Both the position numbers and the translations under genes were made by a program. From Sedimentisphaerales bacterium (GTDB lineage Bacteria; Planctomycetota; Phycisphaerae; Sedimentisphaerales; Anaerobacaceae), in contig OY970194.1 in assembly GCA_963708075.1 (NCBI GenBank), positions 4,416,001-4,480,000 on the forward strand: DNA of 64,000 bases, given 5' to 3'. This document shows positions 39,113 through 49,176 of this stretch, piece by piece. Positions within the stretch are counted from its first letter, which is position 1. The number at the start of each line of letters is the position of its first letter. Under the pieces are notes generated by a model. It saw nothing but the letters and a program-made list of their open reading frames with translations, searched no databases and had not been told where the DNA came from.

Positions 39113-40326
39113 GACGCAGATTCTCCGAAAAGCTCTAGTTGGTTGGCTGGCGTGGCATTGATTTTCTCGATATCTGGCGTCAACTGCCCAAGCCTCAACA
39201 ACTCACCAGCGGTGTACAGGCGATCTCGTATCGCGCCGCGTCCCACCTCATCGAGGGCGCCAATCTTGGTCTCACCATTGATGCTGGCGACACCCAGAAT
39301 GGACTCGTCTCCCACATCCTTGTCCTCAAGAAGGTCAGGACTGTGGCTGGTCACGATCACCTGGGTGCTTTTGGCGGCCGTGCGCAACGCATCCCTCAGA
39401 ACACCGGCGGCGCCGGGATGCACGGCCACTTCTGGCTCTTCAATACCTACCAGCGGAACACGTTTCGCTCCGCCATTGACCGACTGAAACAATGCTGTCA
39501 GCACACCCAGTGCCCGCAGAGTCCCATCGGACATATTCTCCGCAAAGAAGCTCCAGGGCGACTCGTTTCTGCCGACTTTCTGCTTGAATTCCAGAGTCTC
39601 CTTTTTCTGGATCTGCTTGACGGACACATCCAGCACGCCTGGAACAACGTGTTTCAAGAATTCGACGATACGGTCCTTCGCGTCAGGCCGCTCTTTCTTC
39701 ATCAGGCTCAGAACGCTCGCAAGATTGCCGCCATCCCGGCGTAACACGTCCCCCGCATCTGGCGTTTGGAGGTTTCGGATCACGTCCGGGTTCAGGTTGT
39801 AGAACCCCATGCGAGACAGCGCGTCGTAGAGAGGCCGGAACTCGGGCAGCCCGGAAACCGCCACAAGAAAGAGCCGGTCAGGCGCGACGGCCGGCACAAT
39901 CTTCGCGTGGCTTTTGATCACTTTGCCGCTCTCAACCTCATAGAACCACGTATCCAGGGCAGTGCGGCCGTAAATGCGACACTGCTCCTGCTGAACCTCG
40001 AAACCGCCTTTGGGCAACGCGCCAATACGAAATGCATAATGGCCGGATCCTCCAGTCGGCAACGTGAACTCAAGGCGAATCCCAAAGTGCGTGGGATGTC
40101 CGGATGACCGCCGGCGGACCTCGCCGATGCCGCCGCGCTCTCGCAGAGCATGATCCAAGGAGGTGTTCAACGACTCCGTGACAAGCCGCAAGCCATCAAG
40201 GAAGTTGCTTTTCCCTGCCCCATTTGGCCCCACCAGGAAATTCAACGGACCCAGCTTGACCGAGCAGTTTGCGATGCTCTTGTAGTTCTTCAGCAGAACG
40301 CGACGCAGAAAGACAGAATCCGTCAT
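39109..40326 (-). CDS. AAA_21/SMC-like ABC ATPase
   Basis: NYKSI, GPNGAGKSN, MSDGTLR, IEEPEVAVHP, VIVTSHSP. Confidence 0.92.
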   Translation of the reverse strand: MTDSVFLRRVLLKNYKSIANCSVKLGPLNFLVGPNGAGKSNFLDGLRLVTESLNTSLDHALRERGGIGEVRRRSSGHPTHFGIRLEFTLPTGGSGHYAFRIGALPKGGFEVQQEQCRIYGRTALDTWFYEVESGKVIKSHAKIVPAVAPDRLFLVAVSGLPEFRPLYDALSRMGFYNLNPDVIRNLQTPDAGDVLRRDGGNLASVLSLMKKERPDAKDRIVEFLKHVVPGVLDVSVKQIQKKETLEFKQKVGRNESPWSFFAENMSDGTLRALGVLTALFQSVNGGAKRVPLVGIEEPEVAVHPGAAGVLRDALRTAAKSTQVIVTSHSPDLLEDKDVGDESILGVASINGETKIGALDEVGRGAIRDRLYTAGELLRLGQLTPDIEKINATPANQLELFGESAS

Positions 40327-40499
40327 GGGTGTTACCCCTCATCATCTAGCGGCGACTGGTGAGTGGCGGCAAAGTGGTCCAACTCTTGTCTTCAAACAAC
40401 TCACACCACAATCCCCGCAAGTCGTACTGCGCGAAATCCTAACTGATCTGGCAGGCCACAGTCAACGCGAAACCGTACTGAGAGCGGACCTGAAATGCT

Positions 40500-40533
40500 G
40501 CGGGGTCTGGACACGTCCACGTCCAGACCCCGC
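40500..40533. repeat. Perfect 13-bp inverted repeat downstream of pckG
   Basis: gcggggtctggac-acgtccac-gtccagaccccgc. Confidence 0.7.
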
Positions 40534-40569
40534 CATATCAGAGGCACATTAGAAATCTTTGAGCGTTTG

Positions 40570-42336
40570 TCACAGTTTCTTGGCAAGGGCGTCGCGCTGG
40601 CGGCGGATGCCGGCGGGCAGATGGTCGCCGAACTGGCCGAGGAATTCATCGATCTGCTTCAACTCAGCCTGCCAGCCCTGACGGTCCACTTCGAAGAGCT
40701 TCTCCATCTTTTCCTTTGCGATCTTCAGGCCCGACGTGTCGAGATCGGCGGTGTTCGGGACCAGGCCGATGGGCGTCTCCCTGGCGCCGACGCGATTGTT
40801 CGCACGGTCCAGGATCCACTTGATCACGCGGATATTCTCGCCGAAGCCCGGCCAGATGAACTTGCCCTGGTCGTCCACGCGGAACCAGTTGACGGAATAA
40901 ATCTTCGGTGGGTGCTTGAGCCGCTTGCCCATATTGAGCCAGTGGCCGAAGTAGTCGCCCATGTTGTAGCCGCAGAACGGCAGCATGGACATCGGGTCTC
41001 TTCGCAGCACGCCTGTCTTGCCGGCGGCCGCTGCAGTCGTTTCCGACCCGCTCCTGGCACCTATAAACACGCCCTGCTCCCAGTCAAATGCTTCGGCCAC
41101 CAGTGGAACGAGTTGAGTCCGCTTGCCGCCGAAGAGGATCGCCGAGATCGGCACGCCTTTGGGATTGTCGAACTCCTTGGACAGGGTCGGAGCGTTGTAG
41201 AGCGAGACGGTGAACCGCGAATTCGCGTGCGCTGCCTTGCCCTCCTGGCCGGGAGTCCAGGGCTTGCCCTGCCAGTCGATCACACGATTGGGCACAGCGC
41301 CATCGGCGCCTTCCCACCAGGGTTCGTTCTTGTCGAGGTCCAGCCCCGTATTCGTGAAGAGCGTCGGGTAGAACTTGGCCGCTTTGAGCGTTCGAACCAT
41401 GTTCGGATTGGTCTTCATGGATGTCCCCGGGGCGACGCCGAAGAAGCCCGTCTCCGGGTTGATGGCGTAGAGCCGGCCATCGGGACCGACGTTCAGCCAG
41501 GCGATATCATCGCCGATCGTCCAAATCTTGTAGCCGGGCAGGGCCGATTCGAGCATGGCAAGATTCGTCTTGCCGCAGGCCGAGGGGAATGCAGCCGTGA
41601 TGTATGTGATCCGGCCCTCGGGGTCCTGGATCCCCATGACCACCATGTGCTCGGCCAGCCAGCCTTCCCGCTGCCCAAGGCACGACGCGATTCTCAGGGA
41701 GAAGCACTTCTTGCCGAGCAATGCGTTGCCGCCGTAGCCCGAGCCGATGCTCCAGACGAGGCTGTCCTGCGGGAAGTGCATAATGAAACGGCGGTTCGGA
41801 TCGAAATCGCCGACCGAGTGCAGGCCTTTGACAAAGTCGTCGCCGCTGCCGATCATGTCGACGACCTTCTTGCTCATGCGGGTCATGATCCGCATGCTCA
41901 CAGCGACGTAGCTGACGTCGGTGATCTGGACGCACTTCTTGGCGTACGGCGAATCGGGGTGGCCCATCATGTAGGGCAGCACATACATGGTCTTGCCGCG
42001 CATGCAGCCGTCGGTGAGCTTCGTCAGCTTCTCCTTCGCCTCCGCCGGGGCCATCCAGTTGTTGTTGGGACCGGCCTGGTCCTTCTCCGGATGGCAGACG
42101 AACGTCAACTGCTCCGTGCGGGCCACGTCCGTCGGGTGGCTGCGGTGGTAATACGCCGTGGGCCAGGTCTTCTGATTCAACTCCTGGAAGATAGGAGTCT
42201 CGCCGATCTTCTCCTCCTTTATTCCGATCTCGATCAGCTTGCGTGCCTCTTCTTCCGAGCCGTCGCACCAGTGTATTCTGTCCGGCTTGGTAAGTCTTGC
42301 CTGCTCTTCCACCCATCTCTCAAGCGGTGTTGCCAT
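40570..42336 (-). CDS. pckG: Phosphoenolpyruvate carboxykinase (GTP)
   Basis: DVART, GSGYGGNALLGKKC, AFPSACGKTNLAM, GDDIAW, NPETGFFGVAPG, DPMSMLPFCGYN. Confidence 0.96.
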   Translation of the reverse strand: MATPLERWVEEQARLTKPDRIHWCDGSEEEARKLIEIGIKEEKIGETPIFQELNQKTWPTAYYHRSHPTDVARTEQLTFVCHPEKDQAGPNNNWMAPAEAKEKLTKLTDGCMRGKTMYVLPYMMGHPDSPYAKKCVQITDVSYVAVSMRIMTRMSKKVVDMIGSGDDFVKGLHSVGDFDPNRRFIMHFPQDSLVWSIGSGYGGNALLGKKCFSLRIASCLGQREGWLAEHMVVMGIQDPEGRITYITAAFPSACGKTNLAMLESALPGYKIWTIGDDIAWLNVGPDGRLYAINPETGFFGVAPGTSMKTNPNMVRTLKAAKFYPTLFTNTGLDLDKNEPWWEGADGAVPNRVIDWQGKPWTPGQEGKAAHANSRFTVSLYNAPTLSKEFDNPKGVPISAILFGGKRTQLVPLVAEAFDWEQGVFIGARSGSETTAAAAGKTGVLRRDPMSMLPFCGYNMGDYFGHWLNMGKRLKHPPKIYSVNWFRVDDQGKFIWPGFGENIRVIKWILDRANNRVGARETPIGLVPNTADLDTSGLKIAKEKMEKLFEVDRQGWQAELKQIDEFLGQFGDHLPAGIRRQRDALAKKL

Positions 42337-42526
42337 GTTCTGCTTTTCTCCTTGCCCGCGAGGCCCTGCTTTACGCATACAGAGTCGCCCCGCATCAGAC
42401 GTTTCTTCTATTGCCCCCTATGTACGTGCTGCCGCTCGGCGTATTTTGCTGGGACAGGCGGCCACTATTTCGCGCATACACTGTTACTGTTTGACTTTGT
42501 GCCCGGGGGGTCCCAAGAGCCGAAGA

Positions 42527-42555
42527 ATTCTATCGGTCGCTCCGAGGCGTGTCAA
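42527..42555 (-). promoter_or_regulatory. Sigma70-type promoter of pckG
   Basis: TTGACA-17bp-TAGAAT on the minus strand. Confidence 0.65.
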
Positions 42556-42612
42556 CAGATTTTCTTACCAAACCCTCTTCAGATGTCTGTGCAGGTTTTA
42601 GGGCACTGTGCC

Positions 42613-42867
42613 GGGTGGCACGGGCAAACTCGCTTTGCCCGTGGGATTTCGGTGGAGCAGGCTTGGTCGAAGCAGCACCGTCAAACGAGTTGGGTTCGTC
42701 CCATGTTCTTGAGCTTTGGGTGGCAGCGTCAAGCGCAGCTTGGCGATGGTTTGCCCATTCGCCATCGCCAAGGCCTTCGGCCTTGACGCTGCCACCCGTC
42801 TGCGAAGCTTGTCCAGGCCCAATCTCAAGAAGATGGGACGTTGCCAACGAGTCTGGCGGCGCCACCC
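42613..42867. repeat. Three-layer composite palindromic element, copy B
   Basis: Outer arms are reverse-complementary to copy A, while the inner 142 bp (42698-42839) is in the same orientation as in copy A. Confidence 0.88.
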
Positions 42868-42966
42868 GGCTGCCAGAGTATTTTCACAGGCACTGACGGA
42901 TCGGCAGGCGCAAAAGGAAAGCCGGGCTGGTACGGAGCCCGGCTTCGTCGTTTCGGGGAGTGCCGC

Positions 42967-44142
42967 TCATTTCACGGGGAACGTATACTCATACGTCTTG
43001 TTCTTGGACAGGTCCTTTCCCCGGCAACGGAGGATAAAGCCGGTGCGCGTCCGCTCGTACTGGAAATCCTGGCCGCTGAAGGGGTCTTTCGGCAGGCCCT
43101 CAGGCAACACTTCGGGGAATCGCCCCGCCTCCGCACGCTGCAGGCAGAGCTCCACGGCGGCCTTCGTCGCGTTGGCACAGGCATCGAGGCTTGTCTTGAC
43201 CGACAAGGTAGCGCCCAGTGCCGGAGCAAGAGTGCTGACGACGACCGACGCCGGATCTTTCGCGTCCAGGCCGCTCACGAGAGTGTTCAGCTCGAGATAA
43301 GCCTGCTCATAGGGCTTGGACCCGCTGAGAATGGCCAGCGCCGACATGAAGTACTGCGAGTAGAGCTGCCTTGCCCGCTCCAGGGTCGCCTCATCGGCCG
43401 ATGCAAGGAACTTCACCTGGTCGTTGTCTTTCTGCGCCACGTCCACCAATATGCCGGCGAGCTTGTCGCGTTTGTCCATCTGCATAAGGTCCAGCGCGAT
43501 CTCCATCTCGACCTTCAGCGGCGTGACCGGAGAAAGCCCGCTTGTGGGGGAGGGGCTCAACTCATGCTTCAACCACCGCAGCAACTCCGCATCCTTGGCG
43601 GCCGAGCCGATGATGTCGTCCATGCACTCGTATCCCAACCGCTGCACCGCCACACCGACCAGGTACGCGATCAGCGGGTCGTCGCCGATGTGACGTGCGA
43701 ACGTCCCCATCTGCAGGCAGCGTTCGAGGGCCCCCTTGTAGTCGCCATCCAGTGCCTGAACTCGTGCGTCGGCGAGCAGCACATAGCTCAGGAATCGTAT
43801 CTGGGCCAGGTAAGGCATTACCGCCTCAAACCCCTGCGAGTACCGGAAACCCCAGTTGCTTATCACCAGCGGCCTCGCGGCATCGGCAAGAACGATGGCC
43901 CCGCGGCACTTCTCGACGTACTCGCGTGTCTTCTCATTCGGCGCCACCGTGCCCTTCGCCACGTCGGCAAGATGATCCCGCGCCTCTTTGTCCAGATCCG
44001 GAAGGCTGATGAACGCCTGATAGTAGAGCAGCGCCGCGTTGTCCGGGTCCGGCGGTATTACTGCACGCACCGGCGATGCAGTCCACGAAGTCACCAAAAC
44101 CGCAGCCATTGCGGCCAACAGCCAATGATTTGCCCGTTTCAT
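42967..44142 (-). CDS. Secreted alpha-helical hypothetical protein of the ECF operon
   Basis: Signal peptide; PDPDNAALLYYQA, LIAYLVGVA, LPKDPFSGQDFQY. Confidence 0.78.
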   Translation of the reverse strand: MKRANHWLLAAMAAVLVTSWTASPVRAVIPPDPDNAALLYYQAFISLPDLDKEARDHLADVAKGTVAPNEKTREYVEKCRGAIVLADAARPLVISNWGFRYSQGFEAVMPYLAQIRFLSYVLLADARVQALDGDYKGALERCLQMGTFARHIGDDPLIAYLVGVAVQRLGYECMDDIIGSAAKDAELLRWLKHELSPSPTSGLSPVTPLKVEMEIALDLMQMDKRDKLAGILVDVAQKDNDQVKFLASADEATLERARQLYSQYFMSALAILSGSKPYEQAYLELNTLVSGLDAKDPASVVVSTLAPALGATLSVKTSLDACANATKAAVELCLQRAEAGRFPEVLPEGLPKDPFSGQDFQYERTRTGFILRCRGKDLSKNKTYEYTFPVK

Positions 44143-44171
44143 AGTTCTATCCTTTCGATTCCTCAATCCAA

Positions 44172-44732
44172 TCACATACTGAACAGTCCACGTATTGGCA
44201 CACTTGATGACCGCGGTCTGAATTCATCCAGAGTGTCCTGCAACTGTCGATCCAACGCCTCAAATCCCCCCTGCTGATATGTCGCTCTCAGCGACATCAT
44301 GCTCATCTTGCTCGTCGGTGATGACAGGGCCACCGGTCCCGGCGAGTCGCCCGGCTTATCCGGCCCATGCCCATTACGGCTGAGGACGAACAGCCCCACC
44401 GCCACCGCAATTGCTGCCGCCACGGCGAGCTTGGCCCACCACGCCCATCGTCTGGGTGGCAGCGGCAAGCGCAGCTTGCCGATGGCTTGTGGGATACGTG
44501 TTGACACCATCGGCAAGCTCCGAAGACTCCGCTTGCCGCTGCCACCCGCGTTTCTCGCTTTGACAGGACCGGGCAAGCCCTGGCCTCCGGTCTGCTCGCC
44601 ACGCGCCACAAGCGCCTGATACTCCTCCTGATGCTTCTGCTTCCACGCCTGGGCATCGAACACCGGCGTGGTCCCGTCCACCGCCCGCTGAAGCTGCTTA
44701 TCGAGCCACTGTTCGTCTTTTCGCTCGCTCAT
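44172..44732 (-). CDS. Putative single-TM anti-sigma factor carrying an in-frame REP insertion
   Basis: Overlaps the sigma stop (ATGA); TM LAVAAAIAVAVGLFV; repeat at 44454-44547. Confidence 0.72.
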   Translation of the reverse strand: MSERKDEQWLDKQLQRAVDGTTPVFDAQAWKQKHQEEYQALVARGEQTGGQGLPGPVKARNAGGSGKRSLRSLPMVSTRIPQAIGKLRLPLPPRRWAWWAKLAVAAAIAVAVGLFVLSRNGHGPDKPGDSPGPVALSSPTSKMSMMSLRATYQQGGFEALDRQLQDTLDEFRPRSSSVPIRGLFSM

Positions 44733-45271
44733 AGGTCCACCTCGTCAAACCCGTCCCGCCCCAGGTACTGGGCCAGTTGCCTCTTGGCCCGCCGCAGCCG
44801 GCCGTTGATCGCCTGCTCGGAGATCCCCAGCACCGCCGATATCTGCTCATAAGACAGGCCGTCATAAAATCTCAGGTAAACCACTTCCTTCGCCTCCGCC
44901 GGCAGCCGACCCAAAGCCTTCTTCACCGCCTCCCCGGCCTCATCCAACTCCGACCCGCCCTCACCCACCGGCTCCACCGGCTCATCATCCGCCGACAATC
45001 CGGGCCGCAACCGCGCCAGGTCCCTGGCCTCATTGCGGCAGATCGCCGCCACCCACCGGCCGAACTGCTCCGGCTTGCGAAGCCTCGGCAGATGCACCGC
45101 CGCCTTGGCAAACGTCTGCTGAGCTGCATCCTCCGCCAAATGCCGATCGCCAAGAATGGCATGCCCAATAGCCACCATCGGCCCATAGTACCGCCGGCAC
45201 AGCTCCGTAAAGCTGTCCCCGTCGCCCCTGGCGGCCTGCTCGACCAGCACATTGTCAGCTCTGTCGTTCAC
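44729..45271 (-). CDS. ECF RNA polymerase sigma factor
   Basis: AEDAAQQTF, F.RWV..I.RN.A.D, LRFYDGLSYEQIS.VLGIS..AI..RL.RA. Confidence 0.92.
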   Translation of the reverse strand: MNDRADNVLVEQAARGDGDSFTELCRRYYGPMVAIGHAILGDRHLAEDAAQQTFAKAAVHLPRLRKPEQFGRWVAAICRNEARDLARLRPGLSADDEPVEPVGEGGSELDEAGEAVKKALGRLPAEAKEVVYLRFYDGLSYEQISAVLGISEQAINGRLRRAKRQLAQYLGRDGFDEVDL

Positions 45272-45491
45272 GTATCTTCTCGACGCTGCCAAAGAACGCC
45301 CAACTCACACCCGTCTTCACCCCCAAGACCGCCCCACCCGCCCCAAATGGGCGCAAAATCCCCCGCCCGCCACAAATTATATGCCCGCCCCCACCCCAGC
45401 GCAAGCCAAAACCTACCGCCCTGAGCCCTCCGCACGGCAACCGGACAAGGAATGGTGAGCAGACGAGATCATTTGTGACAAGAAGAGAGTG

Positions 45492-45500
45492 TGTTATAAT
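45492..45500 (+). promoter_or_regulatory. Extended -10 promoter element
   Basis: TGT-TATAAT about 25 nt upstream of ATG 45525. Confidence 0.55.
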
Positions 45501-45524
45501 CATGGACCGGATTGAAGGTGGATC

Positions 45525-45827
45525 ATGTGGAATTTGAACGAAGTGACGAGGATCAGATACAAAAGCGGGTACTGCTATCATATCGTCTTTGACGATGGGG
45601 CCAGCGGGGACGTTGATTTTTCCGAGTACCTTGACAAGGGCCCGGTGTTTGCCCCTCTGCGAGACTTGGACTTCTTCAAGGAGGCACGCATCGAAGGGGG
45701 AACGATCTCCTGGCCCAACGGAGCCGATATTGCTCCGGAGTCCCTCTACGAGAGGGTCGAGAGGACTCGCCAAGCGCCGGAGCCTCCCGCAGCCCGCCCA
45801 AGCCGCCGAGCCAAAGGCAGGGCCTGA
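45525..45827 (+). CDS. DUF2442-domain protein
   Basis: [36 protein letters not shown]. Confidence 0.88.
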   Translation: MWNLNEVTRIRYKSGYCYHIVFDDGASGDVDFSEYLDKGPVFAPLRDLDFFKEARIEGGTISWPNGADIAPESLYERVERTRQAPEPPAARPSRRAKGRA

Positions 45828-45929
45828 CCTGAGCGCTTGTCAACGAAGGGGCGTCAAGGAACGCTATGCTCAGTTCCCGGCCGAAATAAGTGAGTCGTCC
45901 AGAATTAAAGATGGTCCGGAGCACGGGTT

Positions 45930-46850
45930 ATGGCTGCTGAAGAAGTGAAGCTACAGACACGTGAACTCGCTGATTTCATTCGGCTCGTAGAAGACTGGAG
46001 GAATCAGTGGAACGTCGGAGAACGCGCGGTCTTCAGAGGGCATGCTGACTCTAATTGGATCCTCATAGCCAAATTGTTCAGAAACCCCGGTGCCAAGCCT
46101 GAGAACAACAAAGGTGATGAGGCAGCCGAGGTTGAGGAGCAACTGCTGGGTGAACATTTGGAGATGATGGAGGCTCATAGTCTGGAGCATAGGCTGTTTC
46201 ATGATTTTTCCCGATATCTCTATGCATATCGGCCTGACTTGGTTTGTACCCTCCCGACGGAAGAGAGAGGCAATACTCGATCGATGCAGGAGTGGAGACA
46301 GTTGGCTATCGCCCAACATTATGGGCTACCGACCCGCTTTCTCGATTTCACCACGAACATGCTCGTCGCATTGTTCTTTGCAGTCGAGGAACCGACGGTA
46401 CGTCGGAGGACGATGAACGGAGAATGGCAAGAGCAAGACAGTGCTGTTTGGTGCATCGAGGTGCAAAATCGCCTGAAGGTCTGGCAGGTCTGGCAGAAAG
46501 ACGGTGTTTGGCTATCGCCTCTGGAGTTTGCAGAGGAAGGCAGCGAGCCGCCAATCGCCAAATTCATAGACACTGCCTACGTCCCAGAGCACATTGACGA
46601 ACGCGTTCGCGCGCAGGGAAGCGTCTTCATGTGTGAACCTCGCGGCAAGAAGGATGGCTGGCAACTTCACACACGCCTTAGGGACAAGACGGAGACCATT
46701 CTGAATCGCAAGGCGGGCGAAAAGAAGGGGACCCGAACCCTCAGGATTCGCATACCCCAGGACGCCCGCGAGTCGTTACGAAATCAACTGGACCTTGTGG
46801 GCGTCAATCGCGCCACCTTGTTTCCAGACCTTGGATCGGCCGCGAAGTAG
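45930..46850 (+). CDS. FRG-domain protein
   Basis: VFRGH, AQHYGLPTRFLDFTTN.LVALFFA, R.RAQGSVF, TLFPDL. Confidence 0.92.
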   Translation: MAAEEVKLQTRELADFIRLVEDWRNQWNVGERAVFRGHADSNWILIAKLFRNPGAKPENNKGDEAAEVEEQLLGEHLEMMEAHSLEHRLFHDFSRYLYAYRPDLVCTLPTEERGNTRSMQEWRQLAIAQHYGLPTRFLDFTTNMLVALFFAVEEPTVRRRTMNGEWQEQDSAVWCIEVQNRLKVWQVWQKDGVWLSPLEFAEEGSEPPIAKFIDTAYVPEHIDERVRAQGSVFMCEPRGKKDGWQLHTRLRDKTETILNRKAGEKKGTRTLRIRIPQDARESLRNQLDLVGVNRATLFPDLGSAAK

Positions 46851-47095
46851 TTGGCATGGGCAGTTCATCAGCGTAAAAGAAGCTACCTCAAGTAGCAAGG
46901 CCATTGACCGCTGGTCAGTTAGTCGCTATGGGTCGCACTTACAAAGTCCACATTCTCTCCCAACACTTCCAATCTTCGGACGGAAGGTTCTCTTTCATCT
47001 GGCAGGGCCCGCTTCGTTCCGAAGTCACAGCCTCATTGTAGAGCCACGCCGACAAAGATACAAAGAGGCCGACGGACAGTACCTCTTTTGTCCCT

Positions 47096-47617
47096 TTACT
47101 TTCCTTCCGATAGGTATCCAATCCTGCCCTTCTGTTGTTGCGGGTCTGGCGGCTCCATCAATGCGCGAATCGCGTCGAAGACGATCTTGAATTGGCTGTC
47201 GTACTTGCGTTCGAGTCGCGCGATTTTTGCGGCCAGATCAGTGTGGGAGGCCAGAAGGTGGCGCAATCGCGAGAAGGCACGCATGATCTCGATATTCACC
47301 TGAATGGCACGTTGACTGCGCAGGACGCTCGACAGCATGGCGACGCCGTGCTCCGTGAAGGCATACGGAGGGTACCGACGGCCGCCCCACTCACTTGAGG
47401 TGCCAAAATGGCATCTCAAGTCTGCGAACTCCTCGCGGGACAGTTGGAACATGAAATCTTCGGGAAATCGTTCGATGTTGCGCTTCATCGCGCGAACGAG
47501 GTTTCCTGTGGCGACCCCGTACAGTTCCGCAAGTTGACTGTCGAGAAGGACTTTCTGGCCTCGGATCAAAAGAATCTGACGTTCAATCCGCTCAACAGGG
47601 ACTAATGCCGCTTTCAT
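47096..47617 (-). CDS. ORF6N-domain DNA-binding protein
   Basis: [46 protein letters not shown]. Confidence 0.92.
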   Translation of the reverse strand: MKAALVPVERIERQILLIRGQKVLLDSQLAELYGVATGNLVRAMKRNIERFPEDFMFQLSREEFADLRCHFGTSSEWGGRRYPPYAFTEHGVAMLSSVLRSQRAIQVNIEIMRAFSRLRHLLASHTDLAAKIARLERKYDSQFKIVFDAIRALMEPPDPQQQKGRIGYLSEGK

Positions 47618-47969
47618 TCTCTCTCGGCCTCCAAAACCGCCACACTCAATTGCCGCCAGCAATGATAGGGGGACGCTGACGAAGAATCAAGGAGCAGATT
47701 GCAGAAACCAGAGGGAATTGAAGGTATACGAGGGCCGGGGCCGTATCTTCATGGTTCATCGTTAGGGAAGAGGCGGGCAGGGTTACCAAGAGCGATGGAA
47801 GCTCGCACGAATTGCTCGATCTGCTCCTGCGAAACGCCCAAATCTGTCGCCGTCATCACCAAAACCTTTCCCAAGTTGGCTCCATTCTACCATAGTCGCA
47901 TCTCGTATCCGTATGAAGATCCCTTGTGGCTGCGTGCCTGTGTCTTTGCACGTTTTAGGGCACAGTGCC

Positions 47970-48063
47970 GGGTGGCAGCGGCAAGCGCCAGCTTGCCGAT
48001 GGCTCATGTCTACGCACAGACACCATCGGCAAGCTCCGAAGACTCCGCTTGCCGCTGCCACCC
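47970..48063. repeat. 94-bp GGGTGGCAGCGGCAAGC REP doublet
   Basis: Same arms and length as 37380-37473 and 44454-44547. Confidence 0.9.
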
Positions 48064-48199
48064 ACCACTTGAGTGTAGTCGGACCACTACCGCTGACGCC
48101 CGGTCCGTGGCCCTGCGTCGGATGCCGCTGTGATTCCGTGGAACTTTGCGGGGAGTCGGCGGTATAACGGGGCGGAACAGAGTTCGGGCGGTCGGCGGC

Positions 48200-48742
48200 A
48201 TGATGGACGAACAGGAAGTGATCCAACGCGTTCTCAAGGGCGATACCGAGTCGTTTCGGCTGGTGGTCGAGCGGTACGCCGGGGCGGTGGCGCGGATGAT
48301 CCGGAACGTCGTGGGTGACAGTCACACGTGTGAGGATCTCGCCCAGGAGGTGTTTCTCACGGCGTATGCCAAGCTCGGGACATTCGATCCGGCCCGGAGC
48401 CGGTTCTCCACGTGGCTCTTCACCATTGCCCGGAACAAGGCCGTCAACGCCGCGGCGAGAAAGAAGCCCCGGTATATGGCGGACCCGCCCGAGCGGGCGG
48501 ACGCGAGTGACCCGGAGGTGACCGCGGAAAAGAAGGAACTGCTGGCGGCACTGGATCGGGCCGTGCTGGCTCTGCCGCTGAACCAGCGGACGGCGTTTGT
48601 GCTGGCGGAATTCGAGCTGCTCCCGTACGAGCAGATCGCACAGATTGAAGGCGTCAGGCTCGGAACGATCAAATCGAGAATCAATCGCGCCAGGGTCAAT
48701 TTGACGGAAGTGCTCAGACAATTCGAGGCAGATATCTCATGA
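48200..48742 (+). CDS. ECF RNA polymerase sigma factor
   Basis: EDLAQEVF, FSTWLFTIARN, YEQIA.IEGV.LGTIKSRINRAR. Confidence 0.92.
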   Translation: MMDEQEVIQRVLKGDTESFRLVVERYAGAVARMIRNVVGDSHTCEDLAQEVFLTAYAKLGTFDPARSRFSTWLFTIARNKAVNAAARKKPRYMADPPERADASDPEVTAEKKELLAALDRAVLALPLNQRTAFVLAEFELLPYEQIAQIEGVRLGTIKSRINRARVNLTEVLRQFEADIS

Positions 48743-48984
48743 ATCCACAGGAAGTCTTCGAGGCCTGGAAGGCACGGAAATCGCAGGGTGACGTGAGCCG
48801 GGAGTTTACTGATCGGGTCATGGTCGCCGTCCGCCGTCGAGAAATGACACGAGTCATCGGAGGCATGGCACCGCTGCGGCAGATAGCGGCACGGCCATGG
48901 GCCAGGGCCGCAGCGCTGATCGCGGGAACGCTCCTCGGGCTTGCCCGAATCCTCGCCACCCTTCATCTGATCCTGTTCGCCTAA
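48739..48984 (+). CDS. Small membrane protein, putative anti-sigma factor
   Basis: ATGA overlap with the sigma gene; FTDRVM motif and C-terminal TM. Confidence 0.68.
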   Translation: MNPQEVFEAWKARKSQGDVSREFTDRVMVAVRRREMTRVIGGMAPLRQIAARPWARAAALIAGTLLGLARILATLHLILFA

Positions 48985-48986
48985 CC

Positions 48987-49151
48987 AAGTCCGCAGAAGT
49001 CTTTTGACGTTGTGGTGTCAGAGGACTCTGGCGGACTTGATCAAGAATCACCCCCGGGGGCGGGGGTGCCACATAAGAAACATGTAGCCCAGCCGCCCTC
49101 GGCTGGGTATTCCTGAGCACGTCCGCCTTGTCAAGAAACTTCTGCGGACCT
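48987..49151. repeat. Nested inverted repeats between the anti-sigma gene and lepB
   Basis: aagtccgcagaagtcttttgac ... gtcaagaaacttctgcggacct enclosing gggcgggggtgccaca / tgtagcccagccgccc arms. Confidence 0.65.
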
Positions 49152-49176
49152 GCTTAGTCGAGAAAGGAACACCTTT

